A stretch of DNA of 42,533 nt from positions 1-42,533 of IMG/VR virus record IMGVR_UViG_3300027653_000025; one strand, given 5' to 3'. The translations under genes and the position numbers were made by a program. Numbering within the stretch: the stretch's first letter is position 1; the number at the start of each line of letters is the position of its first letter. Below the pieces are notes generated by a model, which saw only the letters and a list, made by a program, of their open reading frames with translations, did no database searches and had not been told where the DNA came from. This DNA is from a virus (lineage: Duplodnaviria; Caudoviricetes). Shown here one piece after another: positions 15,191-24,218 of this stretch.

Positions 15191-16330
15191 ATGATCAGCA
15201 GCGACGTAGCCCGGCAGATACGTGCGGCAGACCTTCCACCTAACGAGAAGCTCCTGCTTTGGACGATGGCATCTTATGCTAACGCGTCGCTCGAATGTTG
15301 GCCGTCGCTCTCCACGGTAGCGGCTGATATGGGGGTGCAGAAGCGGTGGGTGCAACGTCTCCGAAAGGCGGTCGAAGACCGGGGATACCTCGTGGTCGTG
15401 GCCAAAAAGCCGGGCAGCTCTAACCACTACCAGATACGCTTCCCCGAGGCCCCGGCCGAGCGGTTAGGCGATGTTCCGGAAGACCCTCCAGCGGATGTGA
15501 CGAGCGGCCCCGCAGACAAGGGCCAAGACGTTACAAACGCGACGGACGAACATAAACCGGACAAGATGACTCCCCGGCCACGATATCCAGATAATATGGC
15601 TCCGGGACCATGGGAGGGATGGTCCGGGGACCATTATAATGATGGTCCGGGGACCATTATAATGATGGCTCCCGAGCCATCCGAAGAAGTCAGGGAAGAA
15701 GACAAGGAAGAGGACAGGGAAGAGGACAATCCTCGTGCGCGTGCGGGTGTACACGCTCACACGGGAGACGGCACCGATCTTTTCGGCAATCATGTAGCGT
15801 CTGCAGTAGTACCTGCCAAGACGCCACCGGCGAAGGGTTGCAGGAGAGATCCGATAAACGACGAGCCGGGGCTTTGGTTGAAGTTGGTTGACGCTCTGCA
15901 GGACGGGGCTCGAGCTACCAACGAGGATAAGTATATCGTTGCTGCTCAGTCGTGGAATGAGTTCGTCGAATGGACGAACGCGACGATGGGCACCAAGCTG
16001 TCCAAGGTCAAGTTCCTGAATGACAAGCGCAAGGAGGGGATAAGGCAGAAGTTCGATGAGGTCATGCCGCACCTCAAGGATCTATACGTCGGCATAGCAA
16101 GCAGCAAGTTCCTGCTCGGGATCGCTCAGGGGCGAGACTGGAGCGTTGATTTTGACTTTATCTGGAAGAAGAACGATGCAAGATGGCAAAAGATCACAGA
16201 GGGTGGCTACGGAGTCGACGCATCTCCGGGACTTCCTCAAGGAGGGACCAGCGAATTTGGCAAGGCAGCAGCCACAGCGGCCAGAGCAGCCGAAGACCTC
16301 GACGGCTATATCTACCCGTGGGACAGATGA
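15191..16330 (+). CDS. Replication initiator (N-terminal HTH, lambda O-like layout)
   Basis: EKLLLWTMASYAN...CWPSLSTVAADMG...SNHYQI; internal iterons; C-term W.VDFDFI...KITEGGY; probable start 15191. Confidence 0.85.
   Translation: MISSDVARQIRAADLPPNEKLLLWTMASYANASLECWPSLSTVAADMGVQKRWVQRLRKAVEDRGYLVVVAKKPGSSNHYQIRFPEAPAERLGDVPEDPPADVTSGPADKGQDVTNATDEHKPDKMTPRPRYPDNMAPGPWEGWSGDHYNDGPGTIIMMAPEPSEEVREEDKEEDREEDNPRARAGVHAHTGDGTDLFGNHVASAVVPAKTPPAKGCRRDPINDEPGLWLKLVDALQDGARATNEDKYIVAAQSWNEFVEWTNATMGTKLSKVKFLNDKRKEGIRQKFDEVMPHLKDLYVGIASSKFLLGIAQGRDWSVDFDFIWKKNDARWQKITEGGYGVDASPGLPQGGTSEFGKAAATAARAAEDLDGYIYPWDR
15596..15730 (+). repeat. Putative replication origin: four 16-bp imperfect palindromes at 23-bp period plus a purine-rich 12-bp repeat tract
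   Basis: ATGG-N8-CCAT at 15596, 15619, 15642, 15665; then GAAGAnGnCAnG x4. Confidence 0.8.
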
Positions 16331-16862
16331 GGCGGGGGCGATCGCAAGGGCTGTTGCGGCGGTGCATACCCTGCTCGGACAAGAGCTCGGCGACGAAGCG
16401 GTCAAGATCTATACACGTACCCTGCTGGATGAGGGGTTCGACGTGGACGACGTACGCCGAACCGCGTCACAGATGACCAAGAGCCCGACGATCGCCGAGA
16501 AGGTCAGGTACAAGGCGCCGATCCTTCCGGCCGACTGGATCATCCGGGCCGAGATCGTCAGGTGGCGTCTCCGTGGGGTCAAGGTCGACCGTGTATATTC
16601 ACAGCGGGAAGTCGAGGACATACTCAAGGACGATCGCGATCTCAGACGAGACGATTTTGGCGCGTCTGTCGTCGACGAGGCGAACCGGCCGGTGGGTTAC
16701 AGGCTCCGGACGCAGAAGCAGGGCCCGATACCCGCCGCGAACCCGTATCTCCGGGACGACTGGGAAGCGGCTTTGCAGGAGGAGTTCGACGCCTATATGG
16801 AAGAGCTTAAGGCCAACCCGCACGTTCCGCGTGAAGGGTTTGTGAAACCGGAGGGGCAATAA
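16146..16862 (+). CDS. Putative helicase loader / replication accessory protein (true start uncertain, near 16300-16362)
   Basis: Directly follows the initiator; Y..TL.D..FD..DVR..A helical pattern. Confidence 0.5.
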   Translation: MILTLSGRRTMQDGKRSQRVATESTHLRDFLKEGPANLARQQPQRPEQPKTSTAISTRGTDEAGAIARAVAAVHTLLGQELGDEAVKIYTRTLLDEGFDVDDVRRTASQMTKSPTIAEKVRYKAPILPADWIIRAEIVRWRLRGVKVDRVYSQREVEDILKDDRDLRRDDFGASVVDEANRPVGYRLRTQKQGPIPAANPYLRDDWEAALQEEFDAYMEELKANPHVPREGFVKPEGQ

Positions 16863-16891
16863 TTGCGCAGGGGCTTTCCGTTTTATATCTT
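16830..16891 (+). promoter_or_regulatory. Repeated promoter copy 7, upstream of the packaging/structural operon
   Basis: CGTGAAG 16830, TGTGAAA 16841; TTGCGC 16863; 17 bp; TATCTT 16886. Confidence 0.75.
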
Positions 16892-16973
16892 ATGATTTAC
16901 CACCGGAGACAGGCGAGGAGAGGAACCGGAGACGGTCGATGTGGTAGAAGGACCGAACATACGCAACGCTAAG

Positions 16974-17345
16974 ATGGCCGAATATTCACCGGATCTAAAG
17001 GCTAAAGTTGTAGCGGCCCTGCTCGAGGGGCAGTCTGTAACGTCGGTAGCTAAGGAGTACAAGATACCCAAGGGCACGGTATCAGGCTGGAAGAGCCGGA
17101 TCGCCGAGCCGAGTCTCGAGTCTGCCGGAAGTACCGAGTCCGGGACCCAAAAATCCAACAAGATAGGCGACCTCGTGACCGAGTATCTCGAGGCCAATCT
17201 CGAAGCCTTGCGAGAGCAGACGAGGGTGTTCTCCGACCCGAAGTGGTTGCGCACCCAAGATGCGTCATCGCTGGCCGTCCTGCACGGGGTGATGACCGAT
17301 AAAGCCGTCCGTTTAATCGAGGCGTTTGCCAAAATCGAGGATTAA
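16974..17345 (+). CDS. terS: Terminase small subunit (HTH)
   Basis: N-terminal HTH (SVTSVAKEYKIPKGTVSGWK), helical C-term, upstream of TerL. Confidence 0.7.
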   Translation: MAEYSPDLKAKVVAALLEGQSVTSVAKEYKIPKGTVSGWKSRIAEPSLESAGSTESGTQKSNKIGDLVTEYLEANLEALREQTRVFSDPKWLRTQDASSLAVLHGVMTDKAVRLIEAFAKIED

Positions 17346-17346
17346 T

Positions 17347-17628
17347 ATGCACATCGAACGCGCCCGGCGAAAGAGCGCGAACAAGCCCAAGAGCAGCTGG
17401 CGTCGGATGATCCGGTCTTGGCTCTTGGAAACCCAAAACGGGGAGTGCCAAAGGTGTAGCACCACCCACAACTTAACGATCGACCATATCGTGCCTCTAT
17501 CCATGGGTGGATCATGGCATCGGAACAACCTCCAGCTACTATGTCGAAGATGCAACCGGAAGAAGGGGGCGAGCATCGCGGACTATCGTTCACTACAGCC
17601 GAGGCCGGGGCATACCTGCAGCATCTGA
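17347..17628 (+). CDS. HNH endonuclease
   Basis: CQRC...LTIDHIVPLSMGG...NNLQLLCRRCNRKKG. Confidence 0.92.
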   Translation: MHIERARRKSANKPKSSWRRMIRSWLLETQNGECQRCSTTHNLTIDHIVPLSMGGSWHRNNLQLLCRRCNRKKGASIADYRSLQPRPGHTCSI

Positions 17629-17636
17629 TATCGCTC

Positions 17637-17849
17637 ATGCGCACTAAGCGCAGGATTGCCAAGGTCAGGCTCGAGCAGGTCGTCGACTCCGAGACCGGAG
17701 ATTTCTTCGGGGTTGAGCTCCGGGGCACGTTCCATCCGGCCGAGCTTACAATATTGGCCGATGCGATCAAGTGGTATAGCATCGTGCGCCGGGTTGAGCA
17801 GCAGGAACCCGGAGCACCGGACCGGGGGCCGGTGGGAGACGACATATAG
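17637..17849 (+). CDS. Hypothetical protein
   Basis: Non-overlapping part of ORF 17514-17849; abuts TerL. Confidence 0.5.
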   Translation: MRTKRRIAKVRLEQVVDSETGDFFGVELRGTFHPAELTILADAIKWYSIVRRVEQQEPGAPDRGPVGDDI

Positions 17850-19364
17850 ATGCTGACGATTGAGAGACCCGTCATAAGACTTAAGCGTCCGAGCATAGGC
17901 GCGGGCTCGGCGAGAGTCGCGATGTCGTTTCGGGCGTTTGTGGACAAGCTGAACCCGAGCCTACTTGATTTCGAGCACGTCCCACGGAAGATCGAAGTCC
18001 TCCAGAAGATCGCAGACGCCCATGATCCGGAGTACGTACCAAAGCCGGGGGAACCCAACTGGCGGCGGGTGATGATACTCGAGCCACCCAGATATTTCAA
18101 GAGCGAGTTGGCGAGCCGCTTGTTCCCTGCATACTTGCTTTACAGGTATCCCAAGCTCAAGGTCGGTCTGGCGTCGTATGGTGCGGAGCTCGCGTGGGAG
18201 CTCTCCGAGGAAGCCCGCAATTACTACGAGCAGGTAGGGGGCAGGCTGCGGCGGGAGACGGCAGCCAAGAAGAGATGGAGGGTCGAACGCGGGGGCGAGA
18301 TGTGGGCAGCGGGTGTTGGGGGGCCACTCCTTGGGCGGGGATACGACGTCGGGATCATCGACGACCCTATTGATCCGCTCAAGGCGGCGTCATCGGCTTT
18401 TCAGAAGCAGTTCATCCAGTGGTATCCGTCGAAGTGGTTGTCAAGGGCCGAGCCTGACGCTACGATCCTGCTGGTGATGCAGAGGCTCGCGAGTTGGGAT
18501 CCTGTGTCGTTCTTGTGGGAACGCGAGGGCGATGAGGATCTGGCCCCGGAGAGTTGGCACGTGGTGTGCTTCGATGAGATCAAGTCGGACGAGCCGCTGG
18601 CGGAGTATGGCGGGCCACAGGGTTTGCCGGTGTCTTGTACGCTCGAGCCCGATCCCCGCGAGCCCGGCGAACCTCTGGCCCCGTCGAGGTTTTCGAAGGC
18701 GTCGGTGATACAAAAGCAGGCGTCGGCCGGACCGGACACCGCAAATGCTCAGAGGCAACAGCGGCCATCGGCGGCGACGGGCGATTACTGGCGCAGGGAG
18801 TGGTTCGTAGGTCCGGAAGACGGGGACTATCTCTACGACGCCCTACCACCCGAAGCTCACGACGGCGGGAAGGACTGGGACACGGCATACACCAAAGACG
18901 AACAAAACTCGGCGTCTGCGTGGATCGAGACATATCGAGGTCCGGGCGGCAGTGACGAGTTTTTGGTTTATGTGCACGATCTTGATTGGAGATGGGTCGA
19001 GTTCCCCGAGCTCCTGTCGTGGATAGGCGGTTTGAAGGGCCCACACTACGTCGAAGGCAAAGCATCCGGCAAAAGCGTGGTGCAGTCGTTGCGCAGGCAG
19101 CAGATCCAAGCGTCCGAGGTGGCGGTGATCGGCGGCGACAAGTTCGCGAGAGCCAATCATGTACAGGGGTTTATCGCTTCGGGCAGGCTGCGGATCAGGC
19201 GCGCTGTCTGGCGTAAGCTGCTCGAAGGGGAACCCCAAGGGCTTTTGAGAGTTACGAGGGAGAGGCTCATTGCAGGCGGGCCGGATCTCGACCTTAACGA
19301 CACCCTTGTTCAAGCCATTAACAGGCACTGGAGGCCAAAACCGCGCATAGCCCAAATCTTCTGA
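17850..19364 (+). CDS. terL: Terminase large subunit
   Basis: PPRYFKS (Walker A variant), GIIDDP, VMQR, nuclease DWDTA and VEGKASG. Confidence 0.92.
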   Translation: MLTIERPVIRLKRPSIGAGSARVAMSFRAFVDKLNPSLLDFEHVPRKIEVLQKIADAHDPEYVPKPGEPNWRRVMILEPPRYFKSELASRLFPAYLLYRYPKLKVGLASYGAELAWELSEEARNYYEQVGGRLRRETAAKKRWRVERGGEMWAAGVGGPLLGRGYDVGIIDDPIDPLKAASSAFQKQFIQWYPSKWLSRAEPDATILLVMQRLASWDPVSFLWEREGDEDLAPESWHVVCFDEIKSDEPLAEYGGPQGLPVSCTLEPDPREPGEPLAPSRFSKASVIQKQASAGPDTANAQRQQRPSAATGDYWRREWFVGPEDGDYLYDALPPEAHDGGKDWDTAYTKDEQNSASAWIETYRGPGGSDEFLVYVHDLDWRWVEFPELLSWIGGLKGPHYVEGKASGKSVVQSLRRQQIQASEVAVIGGDKFARANHVQGFIASGRLRIRRAVWRKLLEGEPQGLLRVTRERLIAGGPDLDLNDTLVQAINRHWRPKPRIAQIF

Positions 19365-19368
19365 GGAC

Positions 19369-20835
19369 ATGAACCTTATCGACCGCATCATCTGGCGCCT
19401 CGGAAAGAAGAGCCGCACTTTCCAACGCGGATATATGTGGGCTTTTGGTGCGCCGAGATGGTCGGGTCGAGCTGTGGCGGACATGGTGCGTGAAGGGTAC
19501 GAGCGCAATCCGTTCGTGTACTCTGCGATTAACGCGATCTCGCGTGCGGCCGCCGTTGCCCCGCCGGTCCTCTACCGGATCAAGGGCGGTGGGCAGATTG
19601 AGCGCGCCCTCGAGAACGGCTACCGATCGAAGGGTCTCTACCGTCCGCAGACGAAGCAACAGGCCGCGCAGCAGGCAGCAGGCAATCTTGCGTCACATTA
19701 CGCACGGACGCTGGGTGTGAACCCGCGCCTCGCCAAGCGTGCGGCCATGAAGCAATTGCAGGTGGCTGGCGAGATCGAGGAGGTCACGGCGCACCCGGTG
19801 CTCGATGTTCTCGCACGCCCGAACGGATATTACCAGACGAGCTACCAGCAGCTTGTGGAAGCCTTCGTCACCTACCTGATGATCTCGGGCGAAGTCTACG
19901 AAGAGCCGGTCGGTCCCGACACCGGCGCTAACGCAGGCGTGCCGCGTGAGATCTATGTCCTTCCGAGTCAGCACTTCGCGCCGATGGCGCCGGTGCGGGG
20001 CAATCCGCTGCCCGGTTTCTATTACGAGGGCGGGCCGCGGCAGACGTTCACGTACGACCCGGATCCAGCCAAAACAGAAATCTACTTCCACAAGCTCTTT
20101 AATCCGTCGAACCCGATTCGCGGCATGAGCCCCATGGAGGCGGCGATGCGGTCGGTCGATCTAAATAACGAGTCGCGGGCGTGGAACGCGGGTCTGATGC
20201 AAAACGGTGGTGCGCCGGTCGGCATCCTCACGGCGGACGGCGAGACGACGCTCGGTCAGGAAGACATTGATCTTATCAAGACGCAGTACGCGGAGCAGCA
20301 CGCCGGAGCGCGTAATGCCGGGCTTCCGATGGTCATGGGCGGCCTCAAGTACCAACACATCGGATACGACCCGGCCAAGATGATGTGGGGCGACACGTTG
20401 ACGCTCTCGGCTCGCGAGATCGCTGTCGTGTTCGGCGTTCCACCTGAGATGCTGGGCGACTCGGCCACGAAGACGTACTCGAATTACGCCTCGGCACGGA
20501 AAGCGTTGTACATGGATACGGCGCTCCCGATCACCGACTTTATGTACGGCGCATGGAATAGCGGGTGGCTCAAACGCTTCGGCGACGACCTTCTGCTCGA
20601 CTATGCAGGGGATCAGATCGACGCGCTGCAAGAGGACGTGGCTCAGATGTACGCACGCCTCGAGCGTGCTTCATTCCTCACCGAGAACGAGAAGCGCGTG
20701 GCGGCCGGATGGCCTGCCGTCGAAGGTGGCGACGTGATCCTCGTGCCGGTCGGCCGCGTGCCGCTCGCGGCGACAGAAGATGCGTGGACGGAGGTGGATG
20801 AGAAGGCCGCCCTTGCTGAATACTCCCGCGCCTGA
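19369..20835 (+). CDS. Portal protein, HK97-like
   Basis: NPFVYSAINAIS, RPN, RGMSP, NGGAP.GIL, EIAVVFGVPP.MLG, YSN, LTENEKR. Confidence 0.93.
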   Translation: MNLIDRIIWRLGKKSRTFQRGYMWAFGAPRWSGRAVADMVREGYERNPFVYSAINAISRAAAVAPPVLYRIKGGGQIERALENGYRSKGLYRPQTKQQAAQQAAGNLASHYARTLGVNPRLAKRAAMKQLQVAGEIEEVTAHPVLDVLARPNGYYQTSYQQLVEAFVTYLMISGEVYEEPVGPDTGANAGVPREIYVLPSQHFAPMAPVRGNPLPGFYYEGGPRQTFTYDPDPAKTEIYFHKLFNPSNPIRGMSPMEAAMRSVDLNNESRAWNAGLMQNGGAPVGILTADGETTLGQEDIDLIKTQYAEQHAGARNAGLPMVMGGLKYQHIGYDPAKMMWGDTLTLSAREIAVVFGVPPEMLGDSATKTYSNYASARKALYMDTALPITDFMYGAWNSGWLKRFGDDLLLDYAGDQIDALQEDVAQMYARLERASFLTENEKRVAAGWPAVEGGDVILVPVGRVPLAATEDAWTEVDEKAALAEYSRA

Positions 20836-20836
20836 T

Positions 20837-21784
20837 ATGGACACGCTCGCGTCATATACTGCCCGCGGTACTCATCTAAAAATCTACGCGCCGACGTCGG
20901 ATGCGCGGGCGTCCTACTGGAAAGCGTTCGAGCGCGTCCGCGCTGGACATTATGCGAGAGCCGAGCGAGCGGTGCTTGTCGAACTTAACCGGCAGGCGCG
21001 GGCGATAGCAGAGGCGGCGCTGGAGGCGGGCAGCGTACATGAGATGGAGGCGGCCGCGCTCGCCACGTCGAACCGTGTGGCTGGCGGCATCCGGTCGGCG
21101 TACTTACGCATATATGCGGACGTGTTGCCTGACTTTGCCATGCGCACGTACGACGGTCTACAAAACAGCACAAAGGCGCACCGGAAGGCCGATCCCGAGC
21201 TTGTCGATATATGGCTCCAGATGGCGCTCCAGTTCGTCGACTCGGAGGGTGGAGCGCTCGTTACGGCTGTCACCGCACATACGCACGATCAGGTGCGTCG
21301 CATCGTGTCGGCTGCCGTCCGCGACGGGATAGACGAGGGCTGGGACATGGAGCAGATAGCGCGGCGCATCGAGTCCGATTTTGCGGGGCACGTGAACCGC
21401 ACTCGTGCTCGGGCGATCGGGCGGACGGAGACGATTCGGGCGTCGAACGTCGGGGCGCGAGCCGGGGCGAAGGCGACGGGGCTGACGCTCCAGAAGGAAT
21501 GGCTCTCCGCAAAAGACACGCGGACAAGACCGGATCATCTTGTTCTCGACGAAACGACGGTGCCGGTGGACGCGCCGTTTTCGGTCGGCGGGGAAGAGGC
21601 GATGTATCCGGCCGATCCCAACTTGTCACCCGAACAATCAGTGAACTGCCGATGCGCTCTGGGATACCTACCGGTCGCCGCAAAAAACGCCACGCTGTAT
21701 CGTTCCGGCTCTCCGTCAAAGGGCTGGAAGCTGAGATCCGAGAACATACACCGACAACTATCCGCCCCGCCATGGACACCGTGA
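20837..21784 (+). CDS. Minor head morphogenesis protein (Mu gpF/SPP1 gp7-like)
   Basis: RARAIGRTET, KEW...D.RTR..H, YPADP, NCRC. Confidence 0.9.
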   Translation: MDTLASYTARGTHLKIYAPTSDARASYWKAFERVRAGHYARAERAVLVELNRQARAIAEAALEAGSVHEMEAAALATSNRVAGGIRSAYLRIYADVLPDFAMRTYDGLQNSTKAHRKADPELVDIWLQMALQFVDSEGGALVTAVTAHTHDQVRRIVSAAVRDGIDEGWDMEQIARRIESDFAGHVNRTRARAIGRTETIRASNVGARAGAKATGLTLQKEWLSAKDTRTRPDHLVLDETTVPVDAPFSVGGEEAMYPADPNLSPEQSVNCRCALGYLPVAAKNATLYRSGSPSKGWKLRSENIHRQLSAPPWTP

Positions 21785-22602
21785 CCGGCAAATACGCACG
21801 AAGCCCGCTCGGGCCGGGATATATCAAGAGCCCGAATCCGGCGGCGCGCATCAAAGATGTAGACGCCAAAGAGGGGATCGTGTCGTTCTATGCATCGAGC
21901 TTCGATACGATTGACTCGGACGGGGATTATATCACGAAAGGCGCCTTTACCAAGACCATCAATGAGTGGGGGCCGAAGGGCCGCGACCGGATCGCGCACC
22001 TGTTCGACCACAACCCGACGCACCGCGTGGGGCGACCGATTGAGATTATCGAAGACGACTTCGGCCTTCTCTTTCGGTCGAAGCTCTCGCAGACGGCCAA
22101 GGGCCGCGACGCGCTGATTGAGTACGAAGAGGGCGTCATCCGCGAGCACTCGATCGCCTTCGATGTGATCGGGCATCGCATTGATGAGGATAGGGGCGCG
22201 ATCGCCCTGACCGAGCTCCGGCTATACGAAGGCTCGGGCGTCACGTGGGGCGCAAACATGAATACGCCCACGATTGATCTTAAAGCGCTTCAGGATGACC
22301 CGCTTCTGTTGGATTACATGATCCTGCAGATGAAGTCATTTAAGCGCACATTATCGCGGCCCATTACAGACAGCCGCGCGAAGGAAATCGAAGCCTCACT
22401 TCAGAGCTTCGAAACGGTGATCTCCGAGGTCAAAACAGCACTCCAAGCGTCGCGCAGCAGCGAAACCGGCACGCAGGGTGAGTCGCTTTCCGAGGTAGAG
22501 ATCATGCAAGGACTACTCGCACGCATGAACCTAACCAGCATAAAGCGACATGCAGGAAAAACAGATCCAGGAGGCCGCCAAGGCGCTCGAATCGCAGCTT
22601 AA
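21772..22602 (+). CDS. HK97-type prohead protease
   Basis: YAS.F..IDSDGD.I.KGAF, HLFDH, SIAF, L.E.S.VTWGAN; start MDTVTG at 21772. Confidence 0.9.
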   Translation: MDTVTGKYARSPLGPGYIKSPNPAARIKDVDAKEGIVSFYASSFDTIDSDGDYITKGAFTKTINEWGPKGRDRIAHLFDHNPTHRVGRPIEIIEDDFGLLFRSKLSQTAKGRDALIEYEEGVIREHSIAFDVIGHRIDEDRGAIALTELRLYEGSGVTWGANMNTPTIDLKALQDDPLLLDYMILQMKSFKRTLSRPITDSRAKEIEASLQSFETVISEVKTALQASRSSETGTQGESLSEVEIMQGLLARMNLTSIKRHAGKTDPGGRQGARIAA

Positions 22603-23854
22603 AGAGCTTTTCGAAGAAGTCGAGCCGCGCATCAAGGCTGGCGAAGACGCCGGAAAAGGCGTTGCCGAGCTCAAAGAGCGCGCCGAGAAGATTATTCAGG
22701 ACAACGCCGCGAAGGCGGACGAGATACAGGAGCTTGTTCAGGAGGCGCAGGACGCGCTCAACGAGCGTATCGACGGCCTCGAAACCCGCCTGAAAGCGTT
22801 CGCCACAGCGGAGACGGACGAGCGCATCGTTGACTATCAGAAGGGCAAGCGAAAGCAGGTCGATATGGCCGCCGCGCTCGGGCGCAAGCTTCGCGAGAAG
22901 GGCATCACGTCCGCGTCCGAGAAAATACGTGTCTCGTTCAACATCGATGAGATGCTGAAGGGGCACAAGGACGTGACGACTGTCGGCGCCGTGTACGAGC
23001 CTTATTATCGGCCGGGCATCATCGGCCCTCAGGAGCGGCGCCTCACGGTCCGAGACTTGCTGCCGGTCATTCAGACGGCGCAAAACACGGTGTATTTCGT
23101 CCGCGAGACGGACGTTACTGACAGGTCCGGGCCACAGTCTGCGCTCGGCGAGCTCAAGGGCCACACGGACATCAAAATCGGGGTCGAGAGCGAGGCCGTC
23201 CGTACGCTTGCGCACTTCATCCGCGTGCCGACGCAGCTTCTCGACGACATCCCAGCGCTCGAAGGCCACATCCGTGCGCGCATGGGCATCCTGCTTGACC
23301 TCCGCGAAGAGGCGCAGGCGCTCTACGGCGACGGCAACGGGCAGAACCTACACGGACTGTTCACCCAGGCGACGGCGTTTAACGAGAACCTGATGGACTC
23401 GGTCGACAGCCCGCAGGGGCTTGACCGCATCCGTAAGGCGATCGCTCAGGTTGGGCTGAGCGGCTTCCCGGCGACGGGCCTTGCGCTCAACGACCTCGAC
23501 TGGGCCGATCTCGAGCTCGTCAAAGACGGGCAGGGTGCCTACATTTTCGCGCGCCCGCAGGACTCGTCCGTGCCGCGTCTCTGGGGCCTCCCGGTTGCGG
23601 CCACGACGGCCGTCACGGTCGGCGACTTCCTCGCCGGGGCGTTCAACCTCGGGGCAGAGCTATACGAGAAGCAGGCGGCGACGCTCAGCATCTCAACGGA
23701 GGACTCGGACAACTTCCAGCGCAACCTCGCCACGGTTCGCGCCGAGAAGCGCGTCGCGCTCGTTGTGCTGCGGCCGGATGCCTTCGTGTATGGCACTGTG
23801 ACGCCTGGTGAAGGAAACGGCGACGGAAACGGCGACGGAAACGGCGACGGATAA
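22550..23854 (+). CDS. Major capsid protein, HK97 fold with N-terminal coiled-coil delta domain
   Basis: QLLDD, YGDGNGQNLHG, LWGLPV, NFQRNLATVRAEKR...RPDAF. Confidence 0.95.
   Translation: MQEKQIQEAAKALESQLKELFEEVEPRIKAGEDAGKGVAELKERAEKIIQDNAAKADEIQELVQEAQDALNERIDGLETRLKAFATAETDERIVDYQKGKRKQVDMAAALGRKLREKGITSASEKIRVSFNIDEMLKGHKDVTTVGAVYEPYYRPGIIGPQERRLTVRDLLPVIQTAQNTVYFVRETDVTDRSGPQSALGELKGHTDIKIGVESEAVRTLAHFIRVPTQLLDDIPALEGHIRARMGILLDLREEAQALYGDGNGQNLHGLFTQATAFNENLMDSVDSPQGLDRIRKAIAQVGLSGFPATGLALNDLDWADLELVKDGQGAYIFARPQDSSVPRLWGLPVAATTAVTVGDFLAGAFNLGAELYEKQAATLSISTEDSDNFQRNLATVRAEKRVALVVLRPDAFVYGTVTPGEGNGDGNGDGNGDG
23813..23851 (+). repeat. 12-bp tandem repeat (GGAAACGGCGAC x3) encoding the capsid C-terminal GNGD tail
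   Basis: Direct reading of the sequence. Confidence 0.9.
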
Positions 23855-23868
23855 GTCGCTAACTGACA

Positions 23869-23898
23869 TCACGAGCCCCGCCATCGGGCGGGGCCGTG
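23869..23898 (+). terminator. GC hairpin after the capsid gene
   Basis: cacgagccccgcc...ggcggggccgtg; no U tract. Confidence 0.45.
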
Positions 23899-23930
23899 AG
23901 TCATGTGGACAGTAAAACGAGGACGTCGAG

Positions 23931-24218
23931 ATGCCGAAAGTCGAAATATTAAAGCCATTCGGGCCTTATGCCGAAGGCCAGACGGCCGAACTGCCCGAGA
24001 ATATCGTCCGCGTCTACGAAAGTCGAGGCCGCGTGCGCCGCGTCGGCGGCGATGCACGGAAGACGAAGCCGACCGGCCCGAGCCGGATGAAACCGGCGTC
24101 GGGTGAGGTGACGAAGCTTCATAAGGGCGGCGGCTGGTATGCGGCCGTCAAAGACGGCGAAGAGGTATTCAAGGGCCGCGAGTCGGAAGTTGACGCGTAC
24201 ATCAGCCGTGCTGAGTAG
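23931..24218 (+). CDS. Small head-associated hypothetical protein
   Basis: 95 aa between capsid and connector genes. Confidence 0.65.
   Translation: MPKVEILKPFGPYAEGQTAELPENIVRVYESRGRVRRVGGDARKTKPTGPSRMKPASGEVTKLHKGGGWYAAVKDGEEVFKGRESEVDAYISRAE

Noticed and set aside
15596-15680. Mini-CRISPR array
   Set aside because: 16-bp units with 7-bp spacers (two identical) inside a coding gene fit iterons; no cas genes
21211-21771. 187-aa N-terminal extension of the prohead protease
   Set aside because: Overlaps the well-supported gpF-like gene in another frame and is low-complexity Arg/Gly
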